A stretch of DNA of 64,000 nucleotides from an uncultured cyanobacterium (GTDB taxonomy: Bacteria; Cyanobacteriota; Cyanobacteriia; Cyanobacteriales; CAWCAG01), in the NCBI GenBank assembly GCA_963793425.1, contig CAWCAG010000005.1:2048001-2112000 (forward strand), read 5' to 3'. How positions within the stretch are numbered: position 1 is the first letter of the stretch; each line of letters begins with the position of its first letter. This document shows, piece after piece, positions 30,908 through 40,155 of the stretch. The notes below the pieces were generated by a model that made no database searches, was not told where the DNA came from, and saw only the letters and a program-made list of their open reading frames with translations. A program made the position numbers and the translations under genes.

Positions 30908-32134
30908 ATGAAACTTTCCTACTTATTAACTCTTCCTGGCATTGTTGCTTTATCTTTATCAACTTGCAGTTTAATTGAACCACCTCTATTAGCAGCCCCA
31001 GTAGTAGAGATTGCAGAGGCAACTACAGCAGAAGACTTTTACTCCGAAGGTAATCAATTCTATCAAAATGGGCGTTATGGAAAAGCCATAGAGTCTTATG
31101 ATAAAGCCTTGGAGATTAAACCTGACTACTTTCAGGCTTGGGTGAATCGTGGTGTTGCCCTAGGGAAGCTAGAAAAGTACGAAGAGGCAATAGCTTCCTA
31201 CGACCAGGCTGTAGAGATTAGTCCTGACAACAGTACAGCTTGGTACAATCGTGGCAATGAGCTATATAATTTGGGAAAATACGAAGAGGCAATCTTATCC
31301 TATAACAAAGCTTTAGAAATTAAACCTGATTATTATGGGGCTTGGAATAATCACGGCTTTGCCCTAGAGAAGTTAGGTAAGCGCGAGGAAGCACTAACTT
31401 CATATGACAAAGCTTTAGAAATTAAATCTGATGGCTATGAGGCTTGGTATAATCGCGCCAATGCTCTAGGGAAGTTAGAGAAGTATGAAGAAGCAATAGC
31501 TTCATATGACAAAGCTTTAGAAATTAAACCTAACTACTATGGGGTTTGGAGCAATCGTGGTATTTCCCTAAGAGAATTAGAAAAATATGAAGAAGCACTA
31601 GCTTCATATGACAAAGCTTTAAAAATTAAACCTGATGGCTATGAGGCTTGGAATGGTCGCGGCAATACTCTAGCAGAATTAGAAAAATATGAAGAAGCAC
31701 TAGCTTCATATGACAAAGCTTTAAAAATTAAACCTAATTACAGTGATGCTTGGAATAATCGTGGTATTTCCCTAAAAGAATTAGAAAAATATGAAGAGGC
31801 AATAGCTTCATATGACAAAGCTTTGGAAATTAAACCTGACAATATTGCAGCTTGGAATAATCGCGGCAATGCTCTAGCAGACTTAGAGAAGTATGAAGAA
31901 GCAATAGCTTCATATGACAAAGCTTTGGAGATTGAGCCTGACTACAGTAAAGCTTGGAACAACCGAGGTTTTGCCCTTGAATCTCTTGAGCGCTATGATG
32001 AGGCTCTAGAATCTTATCAAAAAGCTATTGAACTTGACCCTAACTATCAAACAGCAATCAACAACCTTAATAAGCTTCTCGAAAAACTAGGAAGTTCTCC
32101 TAATAATCAACAACAAACCACAGAGGTAAATTAG
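30908..32134 (+). CDS. Exported TPR protein (~10 repeats)
   Basis: Signal-like N-terminus followed by 34-aa repeats AW.NRG..L..LEKYEEA.ASYDKALEIKP. Confidence 0.92.
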   Translation: MKLSYLLTLPGIVALSLSTCSLIEPPLLAAPVVEIAEATTAEDFYSEGNQFYQNGRYGKAIESYDKALEIKPDYFQAWVNRGVALGKLEKYEEAIASYDQAVEISPDNSTAWYNRGNELYNLGKYEEAILSYNKALEIKPDYYGAWNNHGFALEKLGKREEALTSYDKALEIKSDGYEAWYNRANALGKLEKYEEAIASYDKALEIKPNYYGVWSNRGISLRELEKYEEALASYDKALKIKPDGYEAWNGRGNTLAELEKYEEALASYDKALKIKPNYSDAWNNRGISLKELEKYEEAIASYDKALEIKPDNIAAWNNRGNALADLEKYEEAIASYDKALEIEPDYSKAWNNRGFALESLERYDEALESYQKAIELDPNYQTAINNLNKLLEKLGSSPNNQQQTTEVN

Positions 32135-32203
32135 TAGCGTAAGCGAAGCCATGCGGTCGGCTTATGGCAAAACAGTTAACATCAGGATATTATTACCCTG
32201 ATG

Positions 32204-32773
32204 TTAAGCTTGTAAAATTTGTGTAACTGTTAAATCTAAGTTAGGGAAAATTGGTGAAACAATCTTTTCTGTTTCTTGATATTCATTAACTTCATAAAAC
32301 CCCTCAACTAAAACTAAAACGGCAACTTTTTTCTGTTGGGGATCGACAATCCAATATTCGGGAATACCTACTACACTATATTCAGAACGCTTAAAACGAT
32401 AATCTCTGGTTTTCGATTCTGAACTAACAATTTCTATAGCTAAATGAGCAGAATTAACTATTGCTGAATTTTCCAAAACCTCCTCAATTTCCTCACGACT
32501 AATAACTAATAAATCAGGAAGTCGAGAACGATTAATTGCTGTACGAATACCAATATTTTGTAGTGCTAGCCAGGGCAAACTAAGCTTAGTTATTTCTGCT
32601 TCTATAACCTGAGTAAGAAAGCGAATAATCAGGGCATGAAGACCTGTAGGAGGATTCATGATTAATAATTCTCCATCGACTAGTTCATAATGATTATCTG
32701 TGCCATCGTCGTGGTTGAGATAGTTTTCAAAAGTAAGTTTGGTTCTATTTGTTGCCGGTTTGATTACTTCCAC
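32204..32773 (-). CDS. Uma2-family PD-(D/E)xK endonuclease-like protein
   Basis: YELVDGEL, R.PDL, IEIVS, K..EY and GIPEYWIVDP motifs. Confidence 0.92.
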   Translation of the reverse strand: MEVIKPATNRTKLTFENYLNHDDGTDNHYELVDGELLIMNPPTGLHALIIRFLTQVIEAEITKLSLPWLALQNIGIRTAINRSRLPDLLVISREEIEEVLENSAIVNSAHLAIEIVSSESKTRDYRFKRSEYSVVGIPEYWIVDPQQKKVAVLVLVEGFYEVNEYQETEKIVSPIFPNLDLTVTQILQA

Positions 32774-32938
32774 GGTTTAGTAATTTAATGCAAGTCGAAA
32801 TCCTTAGAATATTAGCATCATTATTAAGATTTATGTTGCTGAGAATATTTATGTTTGATGAACAAAGAAACTTTTATTGAGCGCAACTAAAATGCAACTC
32901 AACTTTATTTGTTATCTTGATTCTGCATCACTCAATTT

Positions 32939-34099
32939 ATGAAACTTAGCCACAAATTAACTCTTCCTATCATTTTCATCCTCTCTCTATCTGCCTGTGG
33001 TCTCACCAATGAATATAGAGCAAACGAGCTTTTCTCTGAAGCTTATCAATTGCACGGGCAGAAAAGCTATCAAGAGGCAATAGCAGCTTATGATCAAACC
33101 TTGGAAATTGAACCTGATAATCATGTAGCTTGGTATAATCGCGGCAACGCTTTAAGAAAGTTGAAACAACACCAAGAAGCATTGTTATCCTACGACAAAG
33201 CTTTAAAAATCAAACCCGACAACTCTGCTGCTTGGAATAATCGTGGTGTTGTACTAGGAGATTTAGGAAAACATGAAGAAGCGATCGCTTCCTATGATAA
33301 GGCTTTAGAAATCAAACCTGAACATAGCTCAGCTTGGTATAATCGCGGCATTGCTCTAAGAGATTTAGGAAAATATGAAGAGGCGGTAGTTTCTTATGAT
33401 AAGGCTTTAGAAATTAAACCGAGTGATAGTAGAATTTTGCATAATCGTGGCGTTGCTCTAAGTAGGTTGGAAAAACACGAAGAAGCCTTATTATCCTATG
33501 AAAAAGCTTTAGAAAATAAACCTGACGACTATAAGTCTTGGTACAATCGCGGCAATACTCTCTACGAATTAGACAACTATCAAGAAGCACTATTATCTTA
33601 CAACAAAGCTCTGGAAATCAAGCCTGACAGCTATTATTCTTGGTATAATCGCGGCAATATTCTCTATGAATTAGAGAACTATCAAGAAGCACTATTATCC
33701 TACGAAAAAGCTTTACAAATCAAACCAGATGACCACAAATCTTGGTACAATCGCGGCAATATTTTATACGAATTAAACAACTATCAAGAAGCTCTATTAT
33801 CTTACGAAAAAGCTTTACAAATTAAACCAGATGACCACAAATCTTGGTACAATCGTGGCAATATTCTCTATGAATCAGAGAACTATCAAGAAGCACTATT
33901 ATCCTACGAAAAAGCTTTACAGATTAAACCAGATGACTACAACTCTTGGTATAATCGTGGCAATATTCTCTATGAATCAGAGAACTATCAAGAAGCACTA
34001 TTATCTTACGAAAAAGCTTTGCAGATTAAACCCGACTTCCAATCAGCTATTAACAATCGCAACATTATTTTAGAAATATTAGAAAGCTCTCCTTCTTGA
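32939..34099 (+). CDS. TPR lipoprotein (~10 repeats)
   Basis: Lipobox LSAC at residues 17-20; near-identical 102-bp repeats in the 3' half. Confidence 0.9.
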   Translation: MKLSHKLTLPIIFILSLSACGLTNEYRANELFSEAYQLHGQKSYQEAIAAYDQTLEIEPDNHVAWYNRGNALRKLKQHQEALLSYDKALKIKPDNSAAWNNRGVVLGDLGKHEEAIASYDKALEIKPEHSSAWYNRGIALRDLGKYEEAVVSYDKALEIKPSDSRILHNRGVALSRLEKHEEALLSYEKALENKPDDYKSWYNRGNTLYELDNYQEALLSYNKALEIKPDSYYSWYNRGNILYELENYQEALLSYEKALQIKPDDHKSWYNRGNILYELNNYQEALLSYEKALQIKPDDHKSWYNRGNILYESENYQEALLSYEKALQIKPDDYNSWYNRGNILYESENYQEALLSYEKALQIKPDFQSAINNRNIILEILESSPS

Positions 34100-34199
34100 A
34101 AGATTTTAATTGCGTAAGCATAGCTGCCGGAAGGTTATCCCACTTTAGGTAGCCTCAATGAGTTAATCAGTAGTAACATTCATCCTGCGATCGCTAGTT

Positions 34200-34502
34200 A
34201 TGAAATCTCCCTACTGGTTAACTTTTCCTAGCATCGTTGTTTTATCTTTGTTTGCTGGTAATTTAATTAACCAACCTCTATTAGCAGCCTCAGAAGTAGA
34301 AGTTGCTCAAGCAACCACAGCAGAAGACTTTTACTCCGAAGGTAATCAATTTGCAAGTCAAGGGCGTTATGAAAAAGCAATAGAGTTTTACGACAAAGCC
34401 TTGGATATTAGAGTTAGAGAAGTACGAAAACTGGATCTAATATCAGATCGCGATGCCCAAAAAATTGTGTCCTTTGCGTATTTCTGCTTGGGAAACAGAT
34501 AA
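34200..34502 (+). pseudogene. Truncated TPR paralogue (leader plus first repeat only)
   Basis: Homologous to 30908/34576 up to ~34410, then runs into the duplicated upstream region of the next gene. Confidence 0.8.
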
Positions 34503-34575
34503 ATACTTTACAGAAGGCAGTTACAAAAATGTGACTGAACCTCAATTGTAATATTTATCTTAAGCTGACCAAATT

Positions 34576-35683
34576 ATGAAACTTCGCTACTTATTAGCTT
34601 TTCCTGGCATCCTTGCTTTATCTTTATCTGCTGGTAATTTAATTAACCAACCTCTATTGGCAGCCCCAGCAATAGAGATTGCGGAGGCAACCACAGCAGA
34701 AGACTTTTTCTCCGAAGGTAATCAATTCTATGAACAAGGGCATTATGAAAAAGCAATAGAATCTTATGATAAAGCCATAGAGATTAAACCTGACTACTTT
34801 CAAGCTTGGGGGAATCGTGGTATTGCCCTAGGGAAGTTAGAAAAGTACGAAGAGGCAATTTTATCCTTTGATAAAGTCACAGAAATCAAACCTGACAACA
34901 GTTATGCTTGGTATAATCGCGGTATTGCTCTAGGAAAGTTAGAAAAGTACGAAGAGGCAATCTTATCCTATGACAAAGCTGTAGAAATTAATCCCGACGA
35001 CAGTTATGCTTGGCATAATCGCGGCAATTGTTCTAGGAAAGTTAGAAAAGTACGAAGAAGCAATGCTTATCCTACGATAAGGCTTTGGAGATTGAACCTG
35101 AAGACTAGTACAGCCTGGTACTAATCGCGGCAATGCTCTAAATAATTTAGGAAAATATGAAGAGGCAATAGCCTCCTTCGACAAAGCTTTGGAAATTAAA
35201 TCTGATGACTATAAAGCTTGGTCTAATCGCGGCAATGCTCTAAGATAAGTGTAGGAAAGTACGAGGAAGCTATAGTATCCTATGACAAAGCTTTAGAGAT
35301 TAAACCTGACCTTTACGAAGCTTGGTAGTAATCGCGGTATTACTCTAGCTGATTTAGAAAAGTACGACCGAAGCAATCTTATCCTACGACAAAGCTTTAA
35401 AAATTGAACCTGACAACTATTTAGCTTGGTATAATCGTGGTAATTGCTCTAAGAAAGTTAGGAAAATACGAGGAGGCTATAGTATCCTTTGACAAAGCTA
35501 TAGCAGATTAAACCTGACCTTTACCAAGCTTGGAATAATCGCGGTGCTGCCCTAGAGAAATCAGGAAAATATCAAGAGGCAATTTTTTCCTACGATAAAG
35601 CGTTAGAAATCCAACCTGATGATCAAATAGCTATTGAAAATCGCAGACTTCTCCTTGAAAAACTAGAAAATTCTGCTCCTTAA
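34576..35683 (+). pseudogene. Exported TPR paralogue with multiple small insertions in 35025-35510 (possibly artefactual)
   Basis: TPR-coding DNA continues through about 9 indels to the capping helix AIENRRLLLEKLENSAP and TAA at 35683. Confidence 0.8.
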
Positions 35684-35862
35684 AGGGAAATTTAGCAGAG
35701 TAGCAATGTCTTTAGCCACAAGCCCACCGTATAAATTTTAGGCTTATGGCTAGAGATTTTTATTCTTAGACTTCATGGGTAGGAAGATAAATATCTTGCG
35801 ATCGCAAAAATTCAAACGCAAGTATACTTCAAGTTAAAATATTTATCGGCCCTAACCCAACC

Positions 35863-36042
35863 ATGAAATCTTCCTACTGGTTAACTCTTCCTGGCATCCT
35901 GGTTTTATCTTTATATGCTGGTAGTTTAACTAACCAACCTCTATTGGCAGCCTCAGAAGTAGAAATTGCTGAAGCAACCGCAGCAGAAGACTTTTTCTCC
36001 GAAGGTGATGAGTTTTTCAGTCAAGGGTATTATAGATTGTAG
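35863..36042 (+). pseudogene. Fifth TPR-family remnant (leader only, 59 aa)
   Basis: Hand translation MKSSYWLTLPGILVLSLYAGSLTNQPLLAASEVEIAEATAAEDFFSEGDEFFSQGYYRL*. Confidence 0.8.
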
Positions 36043-36217
36043 TCAGCAAGCAGAATGGCAGGGAATTGTATTGTATCTCCCTTTATGAAGGCTAAAGCCA
36101 AAGACCTATTGGCTAAGATTTGTCCTAACTCAAACTCTGGGGAGTATATGGATAGGTATTGCCTTTTACCCAGAGCTTAACTGATAATTAACGAGTTAAG
36201 TTTCTCTGGAGTTGCGA

Positions 36218-37477
36218 GTGAAGGTTTTGGTCGTTGGTAATGGAGGGCGCGAACACGCCCTGGCTTGGAAACTGTTGCAATCAGAGCAAGTTGATAAAGT
36301 ATTTTGTGTTCCGGGTAATGGTGGAACAGCTTTATTGGAAGGGTGTCAGAATTTAGCTTTAAGTGGAGATGACTTTGAGGGGTTAAGTAAATTTGCTTTA
36401 GTTAATGGTATATCCTTAATAGTTGTTGGACCAGAAGTTCCCCTCGCTTTAGGAGTTACAGATCGCCTGCTTAGAGATAACTTGAAAGTTTTTGCACCGA
36501 CTCAAGCTGGGGCGCAAATTGAATCGAGTAAGTCTTGGGCTAAAGAATTAATGGCAGAGGCTGGTATACCCACAGCCCGTAGCAAAAGCTTCACAGAATT
36601 AGCCCCAGCCCAAGCTTATGTTATTGAAAAAGGAGCGCCTATAGTAGTTAAAGCAGATGGTTTAGCAGCAGGTAAGGGAGTAACTGTTGCCTCTACTGTA
36701 GAAGAGGCTAAAAGCGCTTTGGAGGCACTCTTTGCGAAGGGATTTACTAATGTGGTGGTAGAAGAGTTTTTAGTTGGGGAAGAGGTTTCAGTTTTTGCCT
36801 TAACTGATGGCATTAGCTTACGCACCTTAATTACGGCCCAAGATCATAAAAGGATTGGTGAAGGAGATACTGGGGAAAATACCGGAGGCATGGGGGCTTA
36901 TGCCCCAGCACCTTTGGTAAATCCTCAACTGATGGAACGTATTGAGCAAGAAATTCTTCAACCTACAATAGATGCTTTACAACAAAAAGGCATTGATTAC
37001 CGGGGTGTTCTTTATGCAGGATTAATGATTTCTCCCCAAGGTGATCCTTTTATTCTTGAATTTAACTGTCGTTTTGGAGATCCTGAAACCCAAGTCCTTT
37101 TACCCTTGCTGGAGACTCCTTTAGAAGAAATTCTCCTCGCTTGTGCTGAAAAGAGATTGGAAAAGTTACCTCCCATTGAATGGAAACAAGGTAGTGCTGT
37201 TTGTGTCGTTGCTGCTTCCCAAGGTTATCCGGGCCCCTTTGAGAAAGGTTTTACCATCTCCGGTATTGAAAAGGCAGAAGAATTAGAAACTATGGTATTT
37301 CACGCTGGCACTAAGTTGATGGGAGGAAAACCTGTTACCAACGGGGGAAGAGTGTTAGGGGTTACAGCAGTAGGAGAATCTTTTGAGCAAGCAATTGAGC
37401 AAGTTTACCAAGGAATTAGCGCCATAGATTTTACCGGAATATACTTCCGCAATGATATTGGGCATCGGGTAAAGTAA
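36218..37477 (+). CDS. purD: Phosphoribosylamine-glycine ligase
   Basis: GNGGREHAL, KADGLAAGKGV, NTGGMGAY and EFNCRFGDPE motifs. Confidence 0.97.
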   Translation: MKVLVVGNGGREHALAWKLLQSEQVDKVFCVPGNGGTALLEGCQNLALSGDDFEGLSKFALVNGISLIVVGPEVPLALGVTDRLLRDNLKVFAPTQAGAQIESSKSWAKELMAEAGIPTARSKSFTELAPAQAYVIEKGAPIVVKADGLAAGKGVTVASTVEEAKSALEALFAKGFTNVVVEEFLVGEEVSVFALTDGISLRTLITAQDHKRIGEGDTGENTGGMGAYAPAPLVNPQLMERIEQEILQPTIDALQQKGIDYRGVLYAGLMISPQGDPFILEFNCRFGDPETQVLLPLLETPLEEILLACAEKRLEKLPPIEWKQGSAVCVVAASQGYPGPFEKGFTISGIEKAEELETMVFHAGTKLMGGKPVTNGGRVLGVTAVGESFEQAIEQVYQGISAIDFTGIYFRNDIGHRVK

Positions 37478-37504
37478 GTCAAAAATAATTTCCAATATGA
37501 TCAT

Positions 37505-37539
37505 TGTACGGCTTGCCGTTGCCGCTAGGCATCATTGAT
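37505..37539 (+). repeat. ~33-bp small dispersed repeat (copy 2)
   Basis: TGTACGGCTTGCCGTTGCCGCTAGGCATCATTGAT followed by TTGATAA heptamers. Confidence 0.8.
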
Positions 37540-37567
37540 AATTGATAATTTCGGGAGCATTAGAACC

Positions 37568-38803
37568 TTGCAAACAGTAACTATTATCGCCATTATTCTT
37601 GCTGCTATAGGAACTGGTTTAATAATTTCTGACCGACGTAAAGATAAGTACTCTCCTTGGCAAGCGACGGTTATCCCCTTAGCTTCCATTCTCGGTAGCG
37701 GTTTTTTGGTTTCTGCCCCTTTGTTAGCCAGACAGTTAGGTAATTATGCCCTTTTCGGTATGGTGGCATTGATTGGGATCGCCTATTTACTGGGGGAGGC
37801 GGTGCGTTTTAATATTCAATATTTAGAACCCAGGATGGAAAAAGGGGATAAGGGTTTAGCTTTTACTATTGAAAGAATCTCTTTTTATGTTTTAGCTGCT
37901 GGTTATGTCATTGCTGTTGCTTTTTATCTCAATCTACTTTCTGCCTTTATCCTCGAAGGTTTTTTTGCTCTATCTCCCCTAATTACTAAGATCATAACTT
38001 CAGTTTTTATTGTCTCAATTGCTTTGCTTGGTTGGTGGCGGGGCTTAGATATTTTAGAATCGGTGACTAAAAATGCAGCAAGTCTGAACTTGGTTTTGAT
38101 TGCCGCTTTCTTCATCGGTTTATTGTCCTATAACCTCTCAGAAATTGTCGAGGGAAAATGGCAACTTTTAACAGAAAGTCCCTCCTTTACTTGGGGAACA
38201 ATGCGATCGCTGTTGGGCTTACTTTTTATTACCCAAGGTTTTGAAATTTCCCGCTTCCTTAGCTCTAAATATGACTCTGCTTTGCGGGTAAAAACCATGA
38301 GATATGCTCAGTTGCTGGCTGGAGCTATTTATATTCTCTTTATTGCCTTAGCAACAAGTATGTTTGGTTTACCTGGGGGACAAAGTACTATTGCTGTCTT
38401 AGAATATGCTCAGCTAGGAGTTTTTGTTCTACCTTTTGTGATGGTTGTTGCGGCCTTTTGTAGTCAATTCAGTGCCGCAGTGGCCGATACAGCCGGTTCT
38501 GGTGGTTTAATGGTAGCAATCACAGAAAAACAAGTATTTGTCCAAAGACCAGGACGGACTGATTATTTTATTGTGGCTGCTTTGGCACTGATTTTAACTT
38601 GGTTAACAGATGTCGTAGAAATCATTAGCATTGCTTCACGGGTTTTTGCTATCTTTTATGCCCTTCAATGTGCAGCCGCTTTGACCTTAGCCTTTAAAAC
38701 TCCAGGGGTCAAAAATCGTTTTCTCAACATGGCTTTATTTATTACAGCAATCTTTATTTGTTTATTAGTAGCGATTTTTGCTAAGTCAGCTTTTTATAAC
38801 TAA
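37568..38803 (+). CDS. APC-superfamily-like membrane permease
   Basis: PLASILGSGFL and QGFE motifs; about 12 TM helices; start uncertain. Confidence 0.7.
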   Translation: MQTVTIIAIILAAIGTGLIISDRRKDKYSPWQATVIPLASILGSGFLVSAPLLARQLGNYALFGMVALIGIAYLLGEAVRFNIQYLEPRMEKGDKGLAFTIERISFYVLAAGYVIAVAFYLNLLSAFILEGFFALSPLITKIITSVFIVSIALLGWWRGLDILESVTKNAASLNLVLIAAFFIGLLSYNLSEIVEGKWQLLTESPSFTWGTMRSLLGLLFITQGFEISRFLSSKYDSALRVKTMRYAQLLAGAIYILFIALATSMFGLPGGQSTIAVLEYAQLGVFVLPFVMVVAAFCSQFSAAVADTAGSGGLMVAITEKQVFVQRPGRTDYFIVAALALILTWLTDVVEIISIASRVFAIFYALQCAAALTLAFKTPGVKNRFLNMALFITAIFICLLVAIFAKSAFYN

Positions 38804-38853
38804 CTAAATGGGGAGAAGGGAGCAGAGAGCAGAGAGCAGGTAAGTAATAAGTT

Positions 38854-39699
38854 ATGAAATCAATTAAAACATTCTTGCCAACTCTTTGGCGTTCTAAATC
38901 TGGCAAAATTGGTTTAATACTCACAATTGCTATTGTTTTAGTAGCTTTACTCGCTCCTATTTTAAATCCTTTTGATCCTGCCACAGCCAGAGATTATGCT
39001 GCTCGGTTAAAGCCTCCTTCTAGTCAGCATTTATTCGGTACAGATGCTTTAGGAAGGGATGTCTTAACTTTAGTTTGGTATGGAGTGAGAACCTCTTTAA
39101 TTGTAGGACCAATTTCTGTAGCTTTAGGTTTAATAATTGGTACACTTTTAGGTTTGATTTCAGGTTATTTTCGCGGTTTAGCAGAAACAATCATCGGTTG
39201 GTTAACAGATATTCTTTTAGCCTTTCCTTCAATTTTGCTGGCGATCGCAATTGTTACGGTTACAGGCCCAAGTCTCCCCAGTGTTATGTTAGCAGTGGGG
39301 ATGGTGCAAATTCCCATTTTTACACGTTTAACCCGTAGTATGGTACTTTCTTTACGAGAAAGGGAGTTTGTTCAAGCCGTTCAATCTTTGGGGGCAACCC
39401 CAGCCAGGATTATTTTTTTGCATATTTTACCGGGTAGCTTTAGTGCCATAATTGTTCAGGCAACTCTCTCTGTGGGTACGGCAACCTTAGAAGCGGCTGG
39501 CTTAGGTTTTCTTGGTTTGGGCGCACAACCCCCCACTCCTGAATTGGGAACAATGTTGGCTGATTCTTTTAAAGGAGGCTATTCTTTATCCGCCCCCTGG
39601 ACAACTATTTTTCCTGGCTTATTGATTACTTTGATTGTTCTAGCTTTTAACTTACTCGGAGATGGCTTGAGAGATAGTTTAGATCCGCGTTTGAATTAA
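38854..39699 (+). CDS. Peptide/nickel ABC transporter permease (DppC/OppC-like)
   Basis: FGTDALGRD, EAA-like loop, LGFLGLG and FNLLGDGLRD motifs. Confidence 0.92.
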   Translation: MKSIKTFLPTLWRSKSGKIGLILTIAIVLVALLAPILNPFDPATARDYAARLKPPSSQHLFGTDALGRDVLTLVWYGVRTSLIVGPISVALGLIIGTLLGLISGYFRGLAETIIGWLTDILLAFPSILLAIAIVTVTGPSLPSVMLAVGMVQIPIFTRLTRSMVLSLREREFVQAVQSLGATPARIIFLHILPGSFSAIIVQATLSVGTATLEAAGLGFLGLGAQPPTPELGTMLADSFKGGYSLSAPWTTIFPGLLITLIVLAFNLLGDGLRDSLDPRLN

Positions 39700-39753
39700 T
39701 TCCTGGTAGAGAGTAGGGAGTAGAAGGTTTTTGGTTTGTGTTTCTCAAGAGTT

Positions 39754-40053
39754 TTACTGCTTATCCTCAACTTTTTGCTCCCATCGAAATAACCAAATCA
39801 TCAAAGCAACAATACCTAGTTGTAGAGCCAAATTAGGTAAAGCTGTGGCAACATCTCTGCCGGCAGCAACTTGAGCAAAAAAGACAAAAGCACCAATGAA
39901 TCCTGAAGCAGCAAAGGTAACATAAATTGTTTTCCTTAATCCTCGGTAAGGAGCCTTCGCTTCTGCCCTCAACCTAGCATATTTTTCTGGGCTTAAAGGT
40001 TCTTTGCTGCGGCGTTTTTTGCCCTGGTTTGGGTTAGACTTTGAGTTAACCAT
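39754..40053 (-). CDS. DUF3493-family membrane protein
   Basis: RLRAEAKAPYRGLR followed by two TM helices. Confidence 0.8.
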   Translation of the reverse strand: MVNSKSNPNQGKKRRSKEPLSPEKYARLRAEAKAPYRGLRKTIYVTFAASGFIGAFVFFAQVAAGRDVATALPNLALQLGIVALMIWLFRWEQKVEDKQ

Positions 40054-40155
40054 CGGCGATTTTGATACTTTCTTTGTGCAGATTGTCTCTATACTCTCTA
40101 TACTCTACCAAACTTGGCCATTAGGGGTTGTCACTAATGACCAGACGAAATAACT

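Noticed and set aside
30908..35683. Diversity-generating retroelement acting on the TPR repeats
   Set aside because: No reverse transcriptase in the window, no template/variable repeat pair, and differences are not evidently confined to adenines.
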